Positions 19,532 to 29,852 of a DNA stretch of 62,707 nt are shown here, piece after piece. This DNA is from Verrucomicrobiota bacterium. GTDB lineage: Bacteria; Verrucomicrobiota; Verrucomicrobiia; Limisphaerales; UBA11358. Location: positions 1 to 62,707 of the forward strand of contig JBEKMU010000007.1 in assembly GCA_049523555.1 (NCBI GenBank). The letters run 5' to 3'. The notes beneath the pieces were generated by a model that was given only the letters and a program-made list of their open reading frames with translations, searched no databases and was not told where the DNA came from. Every line of letters starts with the position of its first letter. Positions within the stretch are counted from its first letter, which is position 1. Position numbers and translations under genes: made by a program.

Positions 19532-20290
19532 ATGTCCACAACATTTCAAATCATACAGACAGCTAGCAGTGACACTTCCAAGCCACTGGCTATGAAAAAA
19601 CGGCTCGATTTGATAGAACGGCATCTACAGACGTCGGGAGGACGTTTTTTGGATTGTGGCTGCGGATCCGGCGGTTATGTCTTATCTCTCATGGAGCGAT
19701 TTCAGCTCGACGCGCATGGAATCGAATTGGATGAGGACAAGGTCAAAAGGGCCCGAGGCAACACCCTTCTTCAGGAACGGGTAGAGCGCGGGGATCTGCA
19801 AGCGATTAATTTTCCTGCAAACACATGGGATTACGCCATGCTGAATGAAGTTCTGGAACATGTTCCTGATGATCGGCGGGCTTTGAAGGAAGTGTATCGA
19901 ATTCTGAAACCCTCCGGACTCTTGTTTATTTTTTCTCCAAATCGTTGGTTTCCCTTTGAAACACACGGCGTGCGGCTGAAGCGGTCTGTCCGGCTAGTTC
20001 CTCATTGGATACCCTTTATCCCCTATATCCCGTTGCGGTTCGGTAGCCTGTTTTTTGATTATTGGGCGCGAAACTACTGGCAAAAAGAGTTGGCCGATAT
20101 GGCAAGAGCCAGCGGGTTCTCGATCGTTGAGCGGTCGTTTATCTGGTTGACCTTTGAAGGCATCTCTGGTTATCAGCCTAGATTTATCAGGGCTGGCAAG
20201 CCGCTATTGAGATTCATCAGTGACAAACTGGAGAGGCTTCCGATTGTAAAAAAATTCGGGTTGTCTCAAGTGCTTGTATGCAGGAAGTGA
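19532..20290 (+). CDS. class I SAM-dependent methyltransferase
   Basis: LDCGCGSG, NEVLEHVPDD, SPNRWFPFETHG. Confidence 0.9.
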   Translation: MSTTFQIIQTASSDTSKPLAMKKRLDLIERHLQTSGGRFLDCGCGSGGYVLSLMERFQLDAHGIELDEDKVKRARGNTLLQERVERGDLQAINFPANTWDYAMLNEVLEHVPDDRRALKEVYRILKPSGLLFIFSPNRWFPFETHGVRLKRSVRLVPHWIPFIPYIPLRFGSLFFDYWARNYWQKELADMARASGFSIVERSFIWLTFEGISGYQPRFIRAGKPLLRFISDKLERLPIVKKFGLSQVLVCRK

Positions 20291-20369
20291 TCGTTAACAC
20301 AAAATCTGGAGACAATTTGTTGTTCGTATTGCTTAAAGCTGGAGCGCCCGTTTTTTTCCGCCACAGAAA

Positions 20370-20403
20370 TCAAATCGCCATCACCTGTTTGTATTCCGGC
20401 ACG
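20370..20403 (-). repeat. displaced copy of MBL-hydrolase 3' end (direct repeat with 21031..21064)
   Basis: 30/34 bp identity; VPEYKQVMAI* versus VPEYKQMVEI*. Confidence 0.88.
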
Positions 20404-20451
20404 TTTCCTCGCCGTCGCGAACGTTGTCCCAATGAGACATTCCGAAAATGG

Positions 20452-20471
20452 CCCGGCGTTGAAACGCCGGG
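20452..20471. repeat. REP-like hairpin CCCGGCGTTGAAACGCCGGG
   Basis: Perfect inverted repeat. Confidence 0.6.
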
Positions 20472-20560
20472 TCGCCGGTGTGGATGATTCTGCTCCAACG
20501 GGCCACGTCGGTCCGACAACAAAGATACCGGCCATTTACAGGCGGGGTTTGTTTATTCTG

Positions 20561-20914
20561 TCATGCGTGAACAAAGAGCCGGGTGGATCTAAGTCCATCA
20601 CGCAAAGTTCGCAGCAAACTAAATCCTGCTTCCTTAAATTTTGCCTGGGCCCGACGGATTGATTCTCCCTCCGGCTCCGCGTGGAATTCAATGATGATGT
20701 AACGGAATTTGCCGAGGACACCAAGCGGAGCGGCCCGTAAAATTGCATATTCCGCCTGTTCGCAGTCGAGCTTGAGCAGATCAAATCGTTGAAAGTGGCT
20801 GCCGTGCTTCTCCAATAAAGTTTCCGGCGTCATTAGTTCAACCTGCGATTCATCGCTTTTGTCCGTGTTCAGCGTGGTAAAAATATTGTCGGAAACCCGT
20901 GCGGTTCGTGACAA
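20561..20914 (-). pseudogene. C-terminal fragment of FkbM methyltransferase
   Basis: FDLLKLDCEQAEYAIL...IIIEFH; N-terminal DxGAN motif missing. Confidence 0.75.
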
Positions 20915-21030
20915 GGTTGCCTTAGGCCACGCTCGTTAAATATGCCGATTGATCAGATGCGCCGTTCCATCGAATGGTGCTTTGTCAAATTGCTTTGCTG
21001 GTTGGCAGCAGGAAGCACCGCCTTCCAAAC

Positions 21031-22425
21031 TCAAATCTCCACCATCTGCTTGTATTCCGGCACGAGGACTTGGGCTTTGGGTTTCATCGCGCGCAACGTT
21101 TCCGCGTGCGCCAGACACTGTGATTCCTCGCCGTGGATGCAGACGATTTTTTTGAGGTCGCCGGAGATTTTCTGGACATATTGTTTCAATTCATTCCTGT
21201 CCGCGTGGCCGGAATAGGTGTCCAGCGAAACGATTTTGGCGCGCACCGCCTGCGGTTCACCAAAAATGTTGACCGGATTTTGTCCCGCCACGATTTGTGC
21301 GCCCAACGTGTGTTCCGCGCAAAAGCCGATGAACAGAATCAGATTGCCCGGATCGCCGATGTGGTTTTTGAGATGATGCCGGATGCGGCCCGCCTCGCAC
21401 ATGCCTGACGCGCTGATGATGATGGCGGGTTCCTTCAAATCGTTCAGTTTCATCGAATTCGCGACTTCGCGGATGTAAGTCAGGTTTTCCATGCCAAACG
21501 GGTTCGCCTTTTCGTGCAGGAATTTGTTGATCGTGTCGTTGAAACATTCCGGGTGCAGGCGGTAAATCTCCGTGGCGTTCACACTCAGCGGGCTGTCCAC
21601 GAAAATCGGCACGCGCGGCAGTTTCCCGGCCAGCGTGAGCTGGTGGAGCACATAAACAATCTGTTGCGTGCGCCCGACGGAAAACGCCGGGATGATGACC
21701 TTGCCGTTTTGTTTCAGGGTTTCCAGCACCAGTCGGCCGACGGTCTCGTCGGCGTCCGCGCGGACAGAATGTTCGCGTCCGCCGTAGGTGGATTCGATTT
21801 GGAGATAATCCACGTTTTCGACCGGCTCCGGATCGCGGAGAACTTCGTCGTTGCCGCGGCCGACGTCACCGCTGAACAAATAACGGAATTGGCGTCCACC
21901 TTCGCGTACGTCCAACACGACTTGCGCCGAGCCGAGAATGTGTCCGGCGTCACGGAACGTCACCGTCACACCATCGAGCACCGGAAAGGGGCGGTTGTAA
22001 TTGAAGGCGACGAATTGCTGGAGCGCCTTCTCGGCGTCGGCTTCGGAGTAAAGCGGTTCGACCAGCGGCAGTTTTTGCTTCGCGCGTTTTTTGGAGACGA
22101 ACGCCGCGTCATCCTTCTGGATTTGCGCGGAATCCACGAGCATGATGCCTGAAAGGTCGCGCGTGGCGAACGTGCAGTAAATGTTGCCGGTGTATCCTTG
22201 CTTGCAAAGGTTCGGCAGATTGCCCGCGTGATCAATGTGCGCGTGGCTCAACACCACGGCGTCCACCGGCTTCGGGTCGAAGGGAAAACAGCAGTTGCGC
22301 TGGATGGACTCCTCGCGGCGGCCTTGAAACAACCCGCATTCGAGCAACAACCGCCGGCCGTTGACCTCGAACAGATACATTGAGCCGGTGGTGGTGCGCG
22401 TTGCGCCGAAGAAGTGGATTTGCAT
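21031..22425 (-). CDS. MBL-fold beta-CASP metallo-hydrolase (RNA-specific, YSH1-like)
   Basis: LSHAHIDHAG, AGHILGSA, ESTYG, PAFSVGRTQ, SGMCEAGRI, YSGHAD, HGE. Confidence 0.93.
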   Translation of the reverse strand: MQIHFFGATRTTTGSMYLFEVNGRRLLLECGLFQGRREESIQRNCCFPFDPKPVDAVVLSHAHIDHAGNLPNLCKQGYTGNIYCTFATRDLSGIMLVDSAQIQKDDAAFVSKKRAKQKLPLVEPLYSEADAEKALQQFVAFNYNRPFPVLDGVTVTFRDAGHILGSAQVVLDVREGGRQFRYLFSGDVGRGNDEVLRDPEPVENVDYLQIESTYGGREHSVRADADETVGRLVLETLKQNGKVIIPAFSVGRTQQIVYVLHQLTLAGKLPRVPIFVDSPLSVNATEIYRLHPECFNDTINKFLHEKANPFGMENLTYIREVANSMKLNDLKEPAIIISASGMCEAGRIRHHLKNHIGDPGNLILFIGFCAEHTLGAQIVAGQNPVNIFGEPQAVRAKIVSLDTYSGHADRNELKQYVQKISGDLKKIVCIHGEESQCLAHAETLRAMKPKAQVLVPEYKQMVEI

Positions 22426-22509
22426 GGGGCAATCGTGTTGCGTGTTGCGGGTTACGTCAAGCAGCCGGGTTGATCCGTTGTCGAACACTTGACGCAATAC
22501 GCAACACAG

Positions 22510-22728
22510 TCAGCTGTGCCGGTAGGTGATGCGCGCCTTGTTCAAATCGTAGGGCGACATCTCGACATTGACCTTGTCGCCGACGCTGATGCGGATGAAA
22601 TTTTTTCGCATCTTGCCGGAAATGTGCGCGAGCACCTCGTGCCCGTTCGGCAGCGCGACACGAAACATCGTGCCCGGCAGCACCTGCTTGACGCTGCCGG
22701 TCAATTCGATTGGCTCTTCTTTGGGCAT
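22510..22728 (-). CDS. infA: translation initiation factor IF-1
   Basis: 72 aa; [22 protein letters not shown]...[13 protein letters not shown]. Confidence 0.97.
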   Translation of the reverse strand: MPKEEPIELTGSVKQVLPGTMFRVALPNGHEVLAHISGKMRKNFIRISVGDKVNVEMSPYDLNKARITYRHS

Positions 22729-22840
22729 GCTTATGAGCCAGCAAGTAATGCCAATCGTACCGTCCAAAATCAACCCCTTTTCCTGCTGAAAAAAGGCATT
22801 GGACATTTGCCGCCGACCCGTTAAAGTTTGGGCGTTCATT

Positions 22841-23098
22841 ATGAAATGTGAAACCACGAACACCGTTTTGACCTACGTGCTCGGCGTGCTCGCGCTGCTG
22901 GGCGTAATCTTCGCTCTGCAAACCATCTTCCGCACGCGGGAGTATCGTTCGCTGACCGGACAAGCAACCCAAGCCAACAGTGTCCTTATGCGGTTCCAGT
23001 CCCTGGCCAACGACACGCTGGCTTTCAACCAGAGAAATCCGAACCCGGAACTCACCCGCATTCTTCAATCCATTCAAGCCAAACCCGCCACCCGCTAA
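22841..23098 (+). CDS. small single-TM hypothetical protein
   Basis: N-terminal TM plus helical C-terminus; typical codon usage. Confidence 0.7.
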   Translation: MKCETTNTVLTYVLGVLALLGVIFALQTIFRTREYRSLTGQATQANSVLMRFQSLANDTLAFNQRNPNPELTRILQSIQAKPATR

Positions 23099-23103
23099 TC
23101 GCC

Positions 23104-23436
23104 ATGAACGAACCCGAAATGAATTTTCCCGCAACCGCCGACTTGAGCGAGCAAGTGGCCGCCTTGCAACGGCAGGTTTTCACGCTGCTGCTGGCACTCA
23201 TTGTCGTCAGCGGCACGCTGACCGTTTTTTTGTACCGGCAGGCCAGTCTCACGGGCAAGGACATCACCGCCATCAAACCGCAGGCGCAACAACTCATCCA
23301 GGTGTATAAACAAAACCTGACCAGCATGGATACTTTTGTGAACCAGCTCGTCGCCTACAGCCAGACGCATCCTGAGTTCCGTCCCGTTCTGCAAAAAAAC
23401 GGCATCAATCCACTGGCGACCGCGTCTAAGAAGTAG
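23104..23436 (+). CDS. small single-TM hypothetical protein, similar architecture to the upstream gene
   Basis: TM LLLALIVVSGTLTVFLY; C-terminal LVAYSQTHPEFRPVLQK. Confidence 0.72.
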   Translation: MNEPEMNFPATADLSEQVAALQRQVFTLLLALIVVSGTLTVFLYRQASLTGKDITAIKPQAQQLIQVYKQNLTSMDTFVNQLVAYSQTHPEFRPVLQKNGINPLATASKK

Positions 23437-23827
23437 GCGTCGCCAATTTCGCACCGCAGTTCGGACAAAAATTCGACTGCGGCGGACAACTCTTGCCGCA
23501 ACCCGGACAGTCGAAGTGTGCCTTTTTGTGGCGATAGTGGATGACCAAATTCCGCGTGTAGGGAATCCATGTGAAAAGATAGGCGAAAATAAAAACCGAA
23601 TCCTGCTGCCGCAACGAATAAATCAGTAGCAGCAGCGAACCGGTCAGGCTCAACCACCAAAACGCCGTCGGCACAACGACCCGCTTCTTTTTTTCCGTCG
23701 CATACCACTGGACGAAAAAACGCGAGAAGAAAACCGCGTTGCCCATCCAGCCAATGACTTTCCAGAAACTCCAATCAATGCCCAGCAACTTGCCGTCATG
23801 CCAGATGAGATTCGTGAGCCAGTCCAT
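23426..23827 (-). CDS. lipid-A-disaccharide synthase N-terminal (LAB_N) domain protein with zinc ribbon
   Basis: FFSRFFVQWYATEKKKRVVVPTAFWWLSLTG; CPGC...CPNCG. Confidence 0.85.
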   Translation of the reverse strand: MDWLTNLIWHDGKLLGIDWSFWKVIGWMGNAVFFSRFFVQWYATEKKKRVVVPTAFWWLSLTGSLLLLIYSLRQQDSVFIFAYLFTWIPYTRNLVIHYRHKKAHFDCPGCGKSCPPQSNFCPNCGAKLATPTS

Positions 23828-23911
23828 AATGGCCACAGCTTAAGCGCCCGCCTCCCGGATTTGGAGACAAATTATCCCCAACTCCCATCTGCCATCTCCC
23901 ATCTTCCAATA

Positions 23912-24121
23912 TCACCCCCCGGCGGCAATTTTTACAATTTCCAATCTGTCGCCGGCATTGAGCCGACGTTGGGAAAATTCCGAAGGCGCAACGGCCTCAC
24001 CGTTGTGCTCGATGACCACGCTACGCGGCAAAAGCTTTTGCGTGACCAGAAATTCCTCAATCGAGCACGGCAGCTTCGCCTCGACAGGCTTCCCATTAGC
24101 AGTGACAAACGCGGTATTCAC
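23912..24121 (-). CDS. thiS: sulfur carrier protein ThiS
   Basis: 69 aa, EHNGE, GDRLEIV, C-terminal GG. Confidence 0.93.
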   Translation of the reverse strand: MNTAFVTANGKPVEAKLPCSIEEFLVTQKLLPRSVVIEHNGEAVAPSEFSQRRLNAGDRLEIVKIAAGG

Positions 24122-24159
24122 AATTCAAGCTTCGCACTTCCGACTTCGCACTTCGCACT

Positions 24160-25395
24160 TCAAGCGGTGAACGCCGCGTCCCAATCCTTCCAGACCGGCT
24201 CGTAACCGAGACGGCGGATCAAGTCCGCCACTTCCTGCGACGAGCGTTTGTCGGCAATTTGAAATTGTCCGGTCGCGGCCGTTGCGTTTTCCGGCGCAGT
24301 TGCCCATTCGCTTGCGCCTTCACTGCTAATTCGCAGCTTCGGCGACACAGGCGCGCCGAGTTCCACAATCCGGCCGCGCACAGTTTGATGCAATTTTTCC
24401 CTCCCCGCACCGGTGTAACCGCCCGGCTCGGTGTGGCTGCCCGCGCTCATCATCGTGATGCCCAGCGGAATCAGACCGTCGCGCAGTTTCGCCGGTTCGC
24501 GCGTCGAAAGCACCAGCCCGACATCGGGAAACATCAACCGAAACGCGCACACCAGTTGCGCCAGGTCACGGTCGCTCATGTGCGTGAGCGGCTGGAATTC
24601 GCCCGCGCACGGACGCAGCCGCGGCAGCGAAATCGTCAACTGCGCCTTCCAGCAATTGCGCAACAAATAATCCGCATGCGCGGCGACGCTGATGGCTTCA
24701 AACCGCCAGTTCGCCAGTCCGTAAAGCGGGCTGATACCGAGCCGGCGAAAGCCCGCCGCGTAGGCGCGTTCCGGCGTTTCGAGCCGCCAATCAAAATTCC
24801 GTTTCGGCCCGGCGGTATGCATGTTCGCATAAACTTTTCGATCGTAGGTTTCCTGATAAACCACCAGCCCGTCCGCGCCGGCCGCGACCAACGGCGCGTA
24901 GTTGGCGGTTTCCATCGGCCCGACTTCGAGCGAGATGCCCGGCCAGTCGGTGTGCAACGCAGCAATGCATTCCCGAAGATAATTGCTGGAAACGAATTTG
25001 GGATGTTCGCCCGCGACGAGCAGGAGGTTGCGGAATCCCTGCGACTTGAGTTCCGCCGCCTCGTGTTTCACTTCGTCGAGCGACAGTGTCAAGCGCAGAA
25101 TCGGGTTGTCCCGCGAAAAACCGCAGTATTGGCAGTTGTTGATGCACTCGTTGGAAAGGTAAAGCGGCGCGAACAACCGGATGACCTTGCCGAACCGCTG
25201 CTGCGTCATCGTGTGCGACCGCCGGCCCATGTGCTCCAGAAGTTCAGCCGCGGCCGGCGAAATCAGGTTCGCAAAATCCGCGAGCGACGGTTTGGGTTTT
25301 GCCAGACTTTCCCGCACCGCCGCCGCCCCGGCAGACAACGACCGTTGCACCAGCGGCTGCACCGGCGACGAATTAAACTCGGAAACAAAGCTCAC
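24160..25395 (-). CDS. thiH: 2-iminoacetate synthase ThiH (radical SAM)
   Basis: FAPLYLSNECINNCQYCGF, YQETY, LSTRE, SAGSHTEPGGY, GYEPVWKDWD. Confidence 0.95.
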   Translation of the reverse strand: MSFVSEFNSSPVQPLVQRSLSAGAAAVRESLAKPKPSLADFANLISPAAAELLEHMGRRSHTMTQQRFGKVIRLFAPLYLSNECINNCQYCGFSRDNPILRLTLSLDEVKHEAAELKSQGFRNLLLVAGEHPKFVSSNYLRECIAALHTDWPGISLEVGPMETANYAPLVAAGADGLVVYQETYDRKVYANMHTAGPKRNFDWRLETPERAYAAGFRRLGISPLYGLANWRFEAISVAAHADYLLRNCWKAQLTISLPRLRPCAGEFQPLTHMSDRDLAQLVCAFRLMFPDVGLVLSTREPAKLRDGLIPLGITMMSAGSHTEPGGYTGAGREKLHQTVRGRIVELGAPVSPKLRISSEGASEWATAPENATAATGQFQIADKRSSQEVADLIRRLGYEPVWKDWDAAFTA

Positions 25396-25493
25396 AAAGC
25401 ACAAGGTAACAAATTGAGGGGCAAAGTCGAGGCGAGCTTGGCATTGCACAATGCACCCGATTCGTGAAACATGGACGCGCAGCGGAACTTCAC

Positions 25494-26828
25494 ATGGCAC
25501 GCAAAATTGCAAAACCGCAGCGCGGCGCGTCGTTGATGGTGCTCGGTGTCGGCTCATTCGCGCACAGCATCGGACAGGCGCTGGCCGACACGGGTGCAAA
25601 CGTCTCGACCTATCTCACGCGCAATTACGGCCATTTCCCGCCGTCGCTCGTCGGACCGGTTTTTTCGCGCGATACCTTTCTTAGTCCGCTTCCGCTCATT
25701 AAGAAGAATGGCGTTGATGCCATCATCCCGCAGTCCATTGACTGGGCGCTGGCCCCGTGGGCGGAGGAATTGCTGCATTCCGGCGTTGGCATTTTCAGTC
25801 CCACACGCGGAGCCATGCGTATCGAGCGCGAACGTGATTTCGCCCGGAAACTGTGTGCCGATTTCAAAATCCCTTTCCCGCAGGCTTACGTAGCGTCGAA
25901 CCGAATTGAGGCGGAAAAAATTCTGGCGCAGCATCCGCAGCCGTTCGTCATCAAAAATCCGCTCTGCTCGCCGACCAGTCCGGTCCACACGATTCTGTGC
26001 GAAACCGTCGCGGACACGCGCGCGTGGCTGCGGCACGTCAATTACGCCGAAGGCGTTTTCCTGCAGGAATACCTCGGCCGCGCCGAAGCCGGGCACATTG
26101 TGCTGGTGAGCGGCGGTGAGATTTATTCGCTCGTCACCAACCAAGAATACAAATACGCCTTTAACGGCAACCAAGGCATTGTCGCCGGCGCGCCGCTCGG
26201 CGGCCTGGTTGAATGCGATCCAAACGACAAATACGGTCTCGCCCGGCAACTCATCCATCCACTGTTGCCGTGGCTGCGCGAAGTGAATTACCACGGACCA
26301 TTGCAAGTGACGGCGGTGAAATGCAATTCTCCGGTGGGGCGAGCGTCCTCGCGAGCCGGCTCGTCGGTAGCCTCGCCCCACCAAAAATGGCACGTCATCG
26401 AATACAACATCCGCATCGGTGTCACCTCCGGCCCGATGATTTTGCGGATGCTGAAAAATCCGGTGGAGATTGTTATGCGGACGGCTCGGAATGAAAAACT
26501 GGATTTGCGGTTCAACGAAAAATTGAACTTCGGCTGTTCACTCACTTTGGCGGGTTATGGTTATCCGTTCACGCAAGTGCGCAGCCCGCACCTGCCGTTG
26601 GAAGTGGCCGGCCGGTTTGATTGCGATGTGTGGTGGAACGAAGTGGCGCGCGGCGCGGACGGCAAATTGATGGCCACCGGCCATCGCATCGCAGACGTGA
26701 TTGCACTCGCGCCGAAACTCGACGCGGCAATTGCGAAGGCCTATGCGAACATCCGCAAAATTCGCGTCGTGGGCAGTTATTTCCGGACAGACGTGGGCCA
26801 GAGTTTATGGCCGCCGGGAATCATCTGA
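25494..26828 (+). CDS. ATP-grasp ligase, divergent PurD (GAR synthetase)-like
   Basis: IERERDFARKLC..IPFP, FLQEYL, VIEYNIRIG, YFRTDVG; lacks the canonical GxGGREHA and GPNTGGMG motifs. Confidence 0.75.
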   Translation: MARKIAKPQRGASLMVLGVGSFAHSIGQALADTGANVSTYLTRNYGHFPPSLVGPVFSRDTFLSPLPLIKKNGVDAIIPQSIDWALAPWAEELLHSGVGIFSPTRGAMRIERERDFARKLCADFKIPFPQAYVASNRIEAEKILAQHPQPFVIKNPLCSPTSPVHTILCETVADTRAWLRHVNYAEGVFLQEYLGRAEAGHIVLVSGGEIYSLVTNQEYKYAFNGNQGIVAGAPLGGLVECDPNDKYGLARQLIHPLLPWLREVNYHGPLQVTAVKCNSPVGRASSRAGSSVASPHQKWHVIEYNIRIGVTSGPMILRMLKNPVEIVMRTARNEKLDLRFNEKLNFGCSLTLAGYGYPFTQVRSPHLPLEVAGRFDCDVWWNEVARGADGKLMATGHRIADVIALAPKLDAAIAKAYANIRKIRVVGSYFRTDVGQSLWPPGII

Positions 26829-28517
26829 ATTCATTTGATGCTGTAATGCATCCGCCTTGTATTCAAAAGTCGCTGCGCGTTTGAGGTTGTTCATGGATTT
26901 GAATTGCGCGGCGAGCTTGTAGTCCAAGTCTCGTTCGATAGTTTCGCGTTTGACCGGCGCTTTGGACCAGATAAAACCCAGCGCGGCCAAAATGGCCAGC
27001 AAAGCGATGAATGCCGGCAGATTTTCCCACGCCAGACCCAGCGGGCTGCGAATCAAGGCGTATCCCAAAAGACCGGCGAACAGGCCCAGTCCGCCATACA
27101 ACAACCAAGTGGAATTTCGTAACAGCCATTGTGAAACGGCGGTGAAGCGGCCCATAACGCGCGCATCGGTTGCTGGCAGGCACACGGCCGGAAGAATGGT
27201 TTGGAGTTTCGGATTACGCAACACTCTCAAGGCCTTTCCCGGATTTGGACGAACGGTAGGCGGTTCGAGCAGATCGCGTTCGTTGCCGGTGGCCATGAAC
27301 GTTTCCACGCGTTCCTCGGCCACCAGGTTCATCATGCGGGTTGGCAGCAAAAGATCCTCCACCACGAGTTGCGAAGTGCGGCAAAGACCAAACAGAATCA
27401 CGGCATAGAAAACGAGCGGTGGGAACAAGGTGAACCCGGTGGAAAATGCGCTGTGCAGCCAGAATTGCGCGAGCAGTACCGATGCGAAAAGACTGGCGAT
27501 AACAAAAACATTCAAGATGTCCAGGTAACGGCTGACCGGGAAAACGCCTCCATAATTTGCCCGGCCATAGGCAAGCGCAATGGATTGCAGCAGGCTCCAC
27601 AGCCCCAGTCCCAGCAGCAATTCAGCCGCCCGTGACATTTGAAAATTCCGGCGAAAATACAGGGCCATCAGCAAAACCAGCGGCAGGAAAATGACGCACG
27701 CAATCCCTGGAACGTCAAAAAACAGCCAGTCTAAATTGTGCATCAGGGCCGAGACAAATTCCATCTTCGTATGTGCCTGCAGTGGATAGCCCACATCCGT
27801 GGGAACGTGGAGGGCCAGTCCTAATCCAACAACAGCGAGGCTGGAAATCAGGGTGATTAAATTTCCCTTTTCCACCCGCCGGTCTTTGATAGCGCGCAAC
27901 ACTGTCAATCCACCAACCGCCAGGGGAGCCAGAAGGCCTGAAGCCATGGTGAACAGACTCATGACCGCCATGGCCAATCCGAACCACCACCACCGGCTGC
28001 CCGGCTTGGCAAAGCCCAGGGCAACCATGGTCGCCAAGGAGAAGATGTCCAGCATATACTCAAGCGTGATTGCCCAAATGGCGTTCTCTCCTGCATAGGA
28101 TAAGGCGAAGAACGGAACCAGCAGAAAACAGACAAACCACCCGTTTTTCCGCCCCAGAAAATCCCAAAGAAAAAATGCCAGCCCGCAAACATACAGCGTG
28201 TGAATGAAGGCATTGACCGTCAATTGCAGCATGGGTTCCCACCGCCCATTCAGCCAGATGACGACGAAATCAAGCAGGCGCGTGCAGAAAATTCTGTGCC
28301 CGTTATCAGGTGCAAAAAAGGCCTGCCACGTCAAATGACCTTCCACCCACAGCCGGAAGAAATCGTCGGCTTCGTACCATTGGTCCCAGAGCGGTAGCGG
28401 CGATCCGTAAAGCTGCACCAAGCTGAGTTTTGCCCCGAACACGATCAAAAACAACGCCGCCAAGGAGACGCTGAAACGTTTAAACGAGTCGTGCGACGGG
28501 TTCATTGGCGTGTTCAT
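26805..28517 (-). CDS. polytopic membrane protein, probable GT-C glycosyltransferase
   Basis: PLWDQW...FAPDNGHRIFCTRL loop motif, SRY motif, many TMs. Confidence 0.65.
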   Translation of the reverse strand: MNTPMNPSHDSFKRFSVSLAALFLIVFGAKLSLVQLYGSPLPLWDQWYEADDFFRLWVEGHLTWQAFFAPDNGHRIFCTRLLDFVVIWLNGRWEPMLQLTVNAFIHTLYVCGLAFFLWDFLGRKNGWFVCFLLVPFFALSYAGENAIWAITLEYMLDIFSLATMVALGFAKPGSRWWWFGLAMAVMSLFTMASGLLAPLAVGGLTVLRAIKDRRVEKGNLITLISSLAVVGLGLALHVPTDVGYPLQAHTKMEFVSALMHNLDWLFFDVPGIACVIFLPLVLLMALYFRRNFQMSRAAELLLGLGLWSLLQSIALAYGRANYGGVFPVSRYLDILNVFVIASLFASVLLAQFWLHSAFSTGFTLFPPLVFYAVILFGLCRTSQLVVEDLLLPTRMMNLVAEERVETFMATGNERDLLEPPTVRPNPGKALRVLRNPKLQTILPAVCLPATDARVMGRFTAVSQWLLRNSTWLLYGGLGLFAGLLGYALIRSPLGLAWENLPAFIALLAILAALGFIWSKAPVKRETIERDLDYKLAAQFKSMNNLKRAATFEYKADALQHQMNSDDSRRP

Positions 28518-28666
28518 GGTGAGAAACCTTAATCAAGCGCAAGCCTAAATCAATTTCATAACGACGCAGGTCCGCAAACCAACCGCTGGATTCCGATCCG
28601 GTAGTCGCGCCAGTTTTTTTCGTGTCTTTTGGGTTGATTCGTGGTTAAACAGTTCCCGGCATTTTT

Positions 28667-29848
28667 ATGGATTTTGATTCGACAGTCTTTCCGCTGCGAC
28701 CGGCGTGGGTGGAGATTGACCTCGCACGGCTGCGAAACAACCTGCGGCTCATCCGGCGCGACCTGCCGCGGCAGGTGCAGTTGATGGCCGTGGTGAAGGA
28801 CGAGGCATACGGACACGGCGCGCTCGACGCGGCGCGCATCGCGCTCGAAGAAGGCGCGTGGGGCCTCGGCCTGAGCACGCTTGAAGAGGCGATGACCTTG
28901 CGTGAAGCGGGCATTACCGCGCCGCTGCTGTTGCTGGGCGAACGGCAGGAAACCGAATTGCCGTGGTGCGTGGAACATGACCTGACCGTCTGCCTCAACG
29001 GACTCCACACCGTCCGCCAGCTTGCGCGCATCGCGGCTGCGCATGACAAACGTGTGCCGGTGCATCTGAAAATCCACACGGGCATGAGCCGCTTCGGCGT
29101 GCGCTGGGACGAAGCACTGCCGCTCATCGAACGAATCGTCACCGAAAAATCGCTGTTGCTCGAAGGCGTGATGACGCATTTCGCCCAATCGGACGAAACG
29201 GAAAAGACATTCGCCAACCTGCAATTCTCCCGTTTCAATGAAGTTTTGCACGGGATGGCGGCGCGTGGAATTTCCGTGAAGCTGCGCCACACTTGCAATA
29301 GCGGCGGCTTTCTCGATCTACCGCACGCGCACCTCGACATGGTCCGCGTCGGCATTTTGCTCTACGGGGTTTTCCCGTCGTCAGTCTGCCGCCGGATTCC
29401 GGGTATTGAGCCGGTGATGTCGGTGAAGGCGCGCATTGCGGCGATTCAAAAATTGAAGCCGGGCGAAGTTGTTGGCTACGGCATGCGTTACACGGCACCG
29501 TCCGAGCGGCGGATTGCGGTGTTGCCGATCGGTTACGGTGACGGATTTCCGCGCGTGCGCAACACCGGCGGGGCGCTCATTTACGGTCAACGGGCCCCGC
29601 TCATCGGCGGCATTGCGATGGACGCGCTGATGGTGGACATCACGGACATTCCCGAGGCGCAGATGTGGGACGAGGCCGTGCTGATGGGCAGACAGGGCGA
29701 CGAGGAAATCACCGTGCATGACATCGCGAAATTGAAAAACTCGGTGAGCTACGACGTGTTGACAAACTGGCGGCTGCGGTTGCGGCGTAAGGCCGTGAAC
29801 AGTGAAACCAAGAGCGCGCGCACTCTTGAAACTGTGTCCGCAAAATAA
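28667..29848 (+). CDS. alr: alanine racemase
   Basis: AVVKDEAYGHG (PLP Lys), HLKIHTGMSRFG, MTHFA, VGYG, IGYGDG. Confidence 0.93.
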   Translation: MDFDSTVFPLRPAWVEIDLARLRNNLRLIRRDLPRQVQLMAVVKDEAYGHGALDAARIALEEGAWGLGLSTLEEAMTLREAGITAPLLLLGERQETELPWCVEHDLTVCLNGLHTVRQLARIAAAHDKRVPVHLKIHTGMSRFGVRWDEALPLIERIVTEKSLLLEGVMTHFAQSDETEKTFANLQFSRFNEVLHGMAARGISVKLRHTCNSGGFLDLPHAHLDMVRVGILLYGVFPSSVCRRIPGIEPVMSVKARIAAIQKLKPGEVVGYGMRYTAPSERRIAVLPIGYGDGFPRVRNTGGALIYGQRAPLIGGIAMDALMVDITDIPEAQMWDEAVLMGRQGDEEITVHDIAKLKNSVSYDVLTNWRLRLRRKAVNSETKSARTLETVSAK

Positions 29849-29852
29849 TTTT

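Noticed and set aside
25396-25493. TPP riboswitch upstream of thiH
   Set aside because: The intergenic region is under 100 bp and I see no CTGAGA or other TPP aptamer motif.
26829-28666. Gene-end duplication around the 26805..28517 GT-C gene
   Set aside because: I found no copy of the PurD-like 3' end or the alr 5' end, so it is not counted among the repeat-flanked cassettes.
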